A stretch of 64,000 bases of DNA from Candidatus Pacebacteria bacterium CG_4_9_14_0_2_um_filter_40_15 (GTDB lineage: Bacteria > Patescibacteriota > Microgenomatia > UBA1400 > PJMF01). Both the position numbers and the translations under genes were made by a program. Below are positions 60,327 through 64,000 of the stretch, in pieces. The DNA lies in the NCBI GenBank assembly GCA_002788675.1, contig PFRS01000005.1, positions 314,635 through 378,634 of the forward strand. The letters are read 5' to 3'. Position 1 is the first letter of the stretch. Every line of letters starts with the position of its first letter. The notes below the pieces were generated by a model. It ran no database searches. It was not told the DNA's origin and saw nothing but the letters and a program-made list of their open reading frames with translations.

Positions 60327-60788
60327 TTACTGTAATTCGGATTTAAGAATTGCGATATCATCTATGGTAACAAGTGCCAGTGGCAACTGTTCAGCCTCTT
60401 CAAGACTAAACCAACCAATTTGATCACATTTTTCTAGCTCACAGTTGCGTGGTGTCCCACTCACAATGCGACACAAAAAAGTTTGTGCTACCCAATGCTG
60501 GTGCTCTTCGGGCAAAATATTGTCGACAATGTTGAATCTTTTTATAACGGAAACAGTCACTCCAAACTCTTCCATCACTTCCCTGTGGAGTGCTTCTTCT
60601 AAAGTTTCTCCAAACTCCACAGCTCCTCCAGGAATTTCCCACTTACCACGTTCATTTTTTGCTTTTTGACTTCGCAGAGCAAGAAACACTTTGTTTTCTT
60701 CGTTTGAAATGAGCGCACCAACACCAACACCGATACAATCTATACCAATTTTGCATACATTATTTGCAAACATTATCAGTCCTTTCAA
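60327..60788 (-). CDS. NUDIX hydrolase
   Basis: PGGAVEFGETLEEALHREVMEEFG; start uncertain. Confidence 0.88.
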   Translation of the reverse strand: MKGLIMFANNVCKIGIDCIGVGVGALISNEENKVFLALRSQKAKNERGKWEIPGGAVEFGETLEEALHREVMEEFGVTVSVIKRFNIVDNILPEEHQHWVAQTFLCRIVSGTPRNCELEKCDQIGWFSLEEAEQLPLALVTIDDIAILKSELQ

Positions 60789-60993
60789 AGACTTTTTCTT
60801 TTGAAGTCAGTCCAGCAGAAAGCGTGAGTTCACTCTTTTTTATTCCCAAGTGCTTAGCTAACAGTGCAATCACTGCTTTATTAGCTTTACCTTTTTCTGG
60901 TGCCGCAGTGGTCCAAACCTTGTAAGAGGCATCAGACACTGTCTCAACTTTTGACTTTTTTGCACCGGGAACTACCCGCACTGATATATACAT
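60760..60993 (-). CDS. DUF167 (YggU) family protein
   Basis: VRVVPGAK...APEKGKAN...G.TSKEK. Confidence 0.88.
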   Translation of the reverse strand: MYISVRVVPGAKKSKVETVSDASYKVWTTAAPEKGKANKAVIALLAKHLGIKKSELTLSAGLTSKEKVFERTDNVCK

Positions 60994-61030
60994 AGTTGGT
61001 TTATATCACACAAACTTGTGTGGTGCAGGT

Positions 61031-61933
61031 TTAGTGTACTGCTTCAACCTCTGCGGCTGGGTGTCCGAATGGAATTAAGTAGGTTACAGATTCATTAGGA
61101 TCTAAACCAAGCTCTGAAACCACTGAGTCAGAACTAAATCCACCGGTCACCACAGTGCCTAAACCAAGGCTTTCTGCCTGCAGATACAGATTTTGACCAA
61201 TATGTCCTGCTTCTAAATCAGCATTCATCTCAGCAGAATCCGGGAATTTTGCTTCAGATTTAGCGTAAGCTGTAGAAAGCACTATCACAACCGGCGCATT
61301 TTGTGAGTTATCTTGCACCTTAGCTGCATTAAGTTTATCACCAGCATCCGCTACACCCATATCTGAGAGTGAATGTGTTGCAGGCTCGTATCTATAAAGT
61401 CCAGGTTCAACACCCTCGACATTTCGCACAACCGCATAAAGTGTATGAGGATATGTTCCTCGACCAGATGGAGCAGCTCTATGGCCACTTTCATCAGTCT
61501 GTCCTTGTCCTGCCCACAGCATTTGTGACAAGTCAGCAATTGAAATAGCATCCTGAGTATATGCGCGCTTACTTCTTCTTATTGCAATTGCTTCTTCGAC
61601 AGGCATGCCTTTGAGCATTTCAGGTTCAGGTAATTCGACAGTCCCAACAGATGGAAGCATCTCTGGCATAACATACTGCAGTGCAGCTACTTCTTCCGTC
61701 TGCTCTGACTCGTCCATCACAACTGGACTCATAACCTCAGTTTTTTGCATTTCAGTAAACCAAAGCGTAAAGAACAATACAGAAATTCCAAGCAAAAAGA
61801 GGGACACAAAAGAGAGAACCTCAGGTCTCATGTGACGTGTATCCTTTACTTCAGTATGTACTGCTGGAGGTGCAATCTTTGGTGTAACAGCACCTGTCCC
61901 TTGTGCTTCAGATTGGATTGGAGTTTCAGACAT
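61031..61933 (-). CDS. SagB/ThcOx-type nitroreductase-family protein with N-terminal TM
   Basis: RRSKR, LSQMLWAGQG, RAAPSG and EAGHIGQNLYL. Confidence 0.85.
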   Translation of the reverse strand: MSETPIQSEAQGTGAVTPKIAPPAVHTEVKDTRHMRPEVLSFVSLFLLGISVLFFTLWFTEMQKTEVMSPVVMDESEQTEEVAALQYVMPEMLPSVGTVELPEPEMLKGMPVEEAIAIRRSKRAYTQDAISIADLSQMLWAGQGQTDESGHRAAPSGRGTYPHTLYAVVRNVEGVEPGLYRYEPATHSLSDMGVADAGDKLNAAKVQDNSQNAPVVIVLSTAYAKSEAKFPDSAEMNADLEAGHIGQNLYLQAESLGLGTVVTGGFSSDSVVSELGLDPNESVTYLIPFGHPAAEVEAVH

Positions 61934-62061
61934 AGTTCCTTCTACTTGATATATTTTATATACAAAATTAACAACACCTATCACAAAGATGTCACTCTCT
62001 ATTAAAGACTTTTTCAAAGCCAGAGTCAAGCAGTACCAAAAGCAAAAATAACTATATGAAG

Positions 62062-63360
<1,299 letters not shown>

Positions 63361-63554
63361 CTATTAACTAATTATGTGCTGCTAGCTACTACTATAGTAT
63401 GAACCTACCATAATCACAATCTTTTTTCTGAAATAGTTGAGTGAAAGTTGCTGCCGGCAGATGTCCTCAATGGGGATCTGTTATAATGAAACAGATTGAT
63501 ATCCCCGTTTACGCTTATTTACGTTACTCTTGCAGATTTCTCTAGGAAGGACTG

Positions 63555-64000
63555 ATGTCACAATTAATCTATCAATTCTATTCCCCAAAAGGGTTACAGA
63601 AAAATAAAAATGTTAGTAACAGTTCTCGGCTGGTACTCGTTGAAGCTGAAAAATATGGAGTCGAATGGAATATCCTTCCCGGCACACAAATAATTACCCT
63701 AACTTACAACGGTAAAACGCAAACGTACTACCATCAGGTTCCCTCTGCTACGACTGCACTTGCAATTTATTCTACCCAAAATAAACGTACAACGTCATAC
63801 TTACTTCAAAATGCAGGTATATCTGTGCCAAAGGGTTATCGCATTAAGAAGTCCGCATCACAAGAGTACCTACACTCACTCTTTGATAATCTTCAAAAAC
63901 CGCTTGTGGTAAAACCTAGTGATGGCACCTGGGGCGAAAACATAACTGTTAACATACAATCATTTGAAGAATTTACTCAGGCCATTCAAGTTGCTTTTCA
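63555..64000 (+). CDS. ATP-grasp protein (cyanophycin synthetase/GshAB-like N-terminal part), 3'-partial
   Basis: Manual translation: MSQLIYQF...NKRTTSYLLQNAGISVPKG...KPLVVKPSDGTWGENITVNI. Confidence 0.75.
   Translation, partial: MSQLIYQFYSPKGLQKNKNVSNSSRLVLVEAEKYGVEWNILPGTQIITLTYNGKTQTYYHQVPSATTALAIYSTQNKRTTSYLLQNAGISVPKGYRIKKSASQEYLHSLFDNLQKPLVVKPSDGTWGENITVNIQSFEEFTQAIQVAF

Noticed and set aside
60751-60776. 13-bp tandem duplication (ATAATGTWTGCAA) at the DUF167/NUDIX overlap as a programmed frameshift
   Set aside because: Both genes are complete without it; likely a local duplication.
61031-61933. SagB-type enzyme as a RiPP (azole) biosynthesis locus
   Set aside because: No YcaO, precursor peptide or transporter nearby; stand-alone nitroreductase-family protein.

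Overview
A 64-kb chromosomal segment of an AT-rich bacterium. The gene families, compact genes and many apparently leaderless promoters suggest a CPR/Patescibacteria (Microgenomates-like) host; this is inference, not a phylogenetic test. Core genes are typA, hflX, an ABC-F ATPase, a copA operon, rpoD, gdh, trxA/trxB, dnaG, mutL/mutS and eno. The standout is a ~9.3-kb element integrated by a large serine recombinase at the 3' end of tRNA-Asn(GTT), about 32433-41771. Both junctions can be read from the sequence. Integration swaps the recombinase C-terminus and removes the tRNA's encoded CCA, and a second, decayed att scar lies at about 30533. The element has a satellite-like core (XRE, DUF5659, PrimPol-CHC2, HTH) and a cargo I cannot assign to a described system: a proteasome-beta-like Ntn protease plus a coupled operon of a PD-(D/E)xK-like protein, a CHAT/caspase-like protease and a membrane protein. 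This is a candidate protease-based defence system. Also notable are a ~14-kb co-oriented array of short accessory genes beyond the tRNA, a TnpB-less IS200/IS605 element, a CstR-like repressor-thioredoxin operon between dnaG and rpoD, and a candidate ~260-nt structured RNA rich in Shine-Dalgarno motifs. All domain calls are by eye from motifs; no database searches were run.
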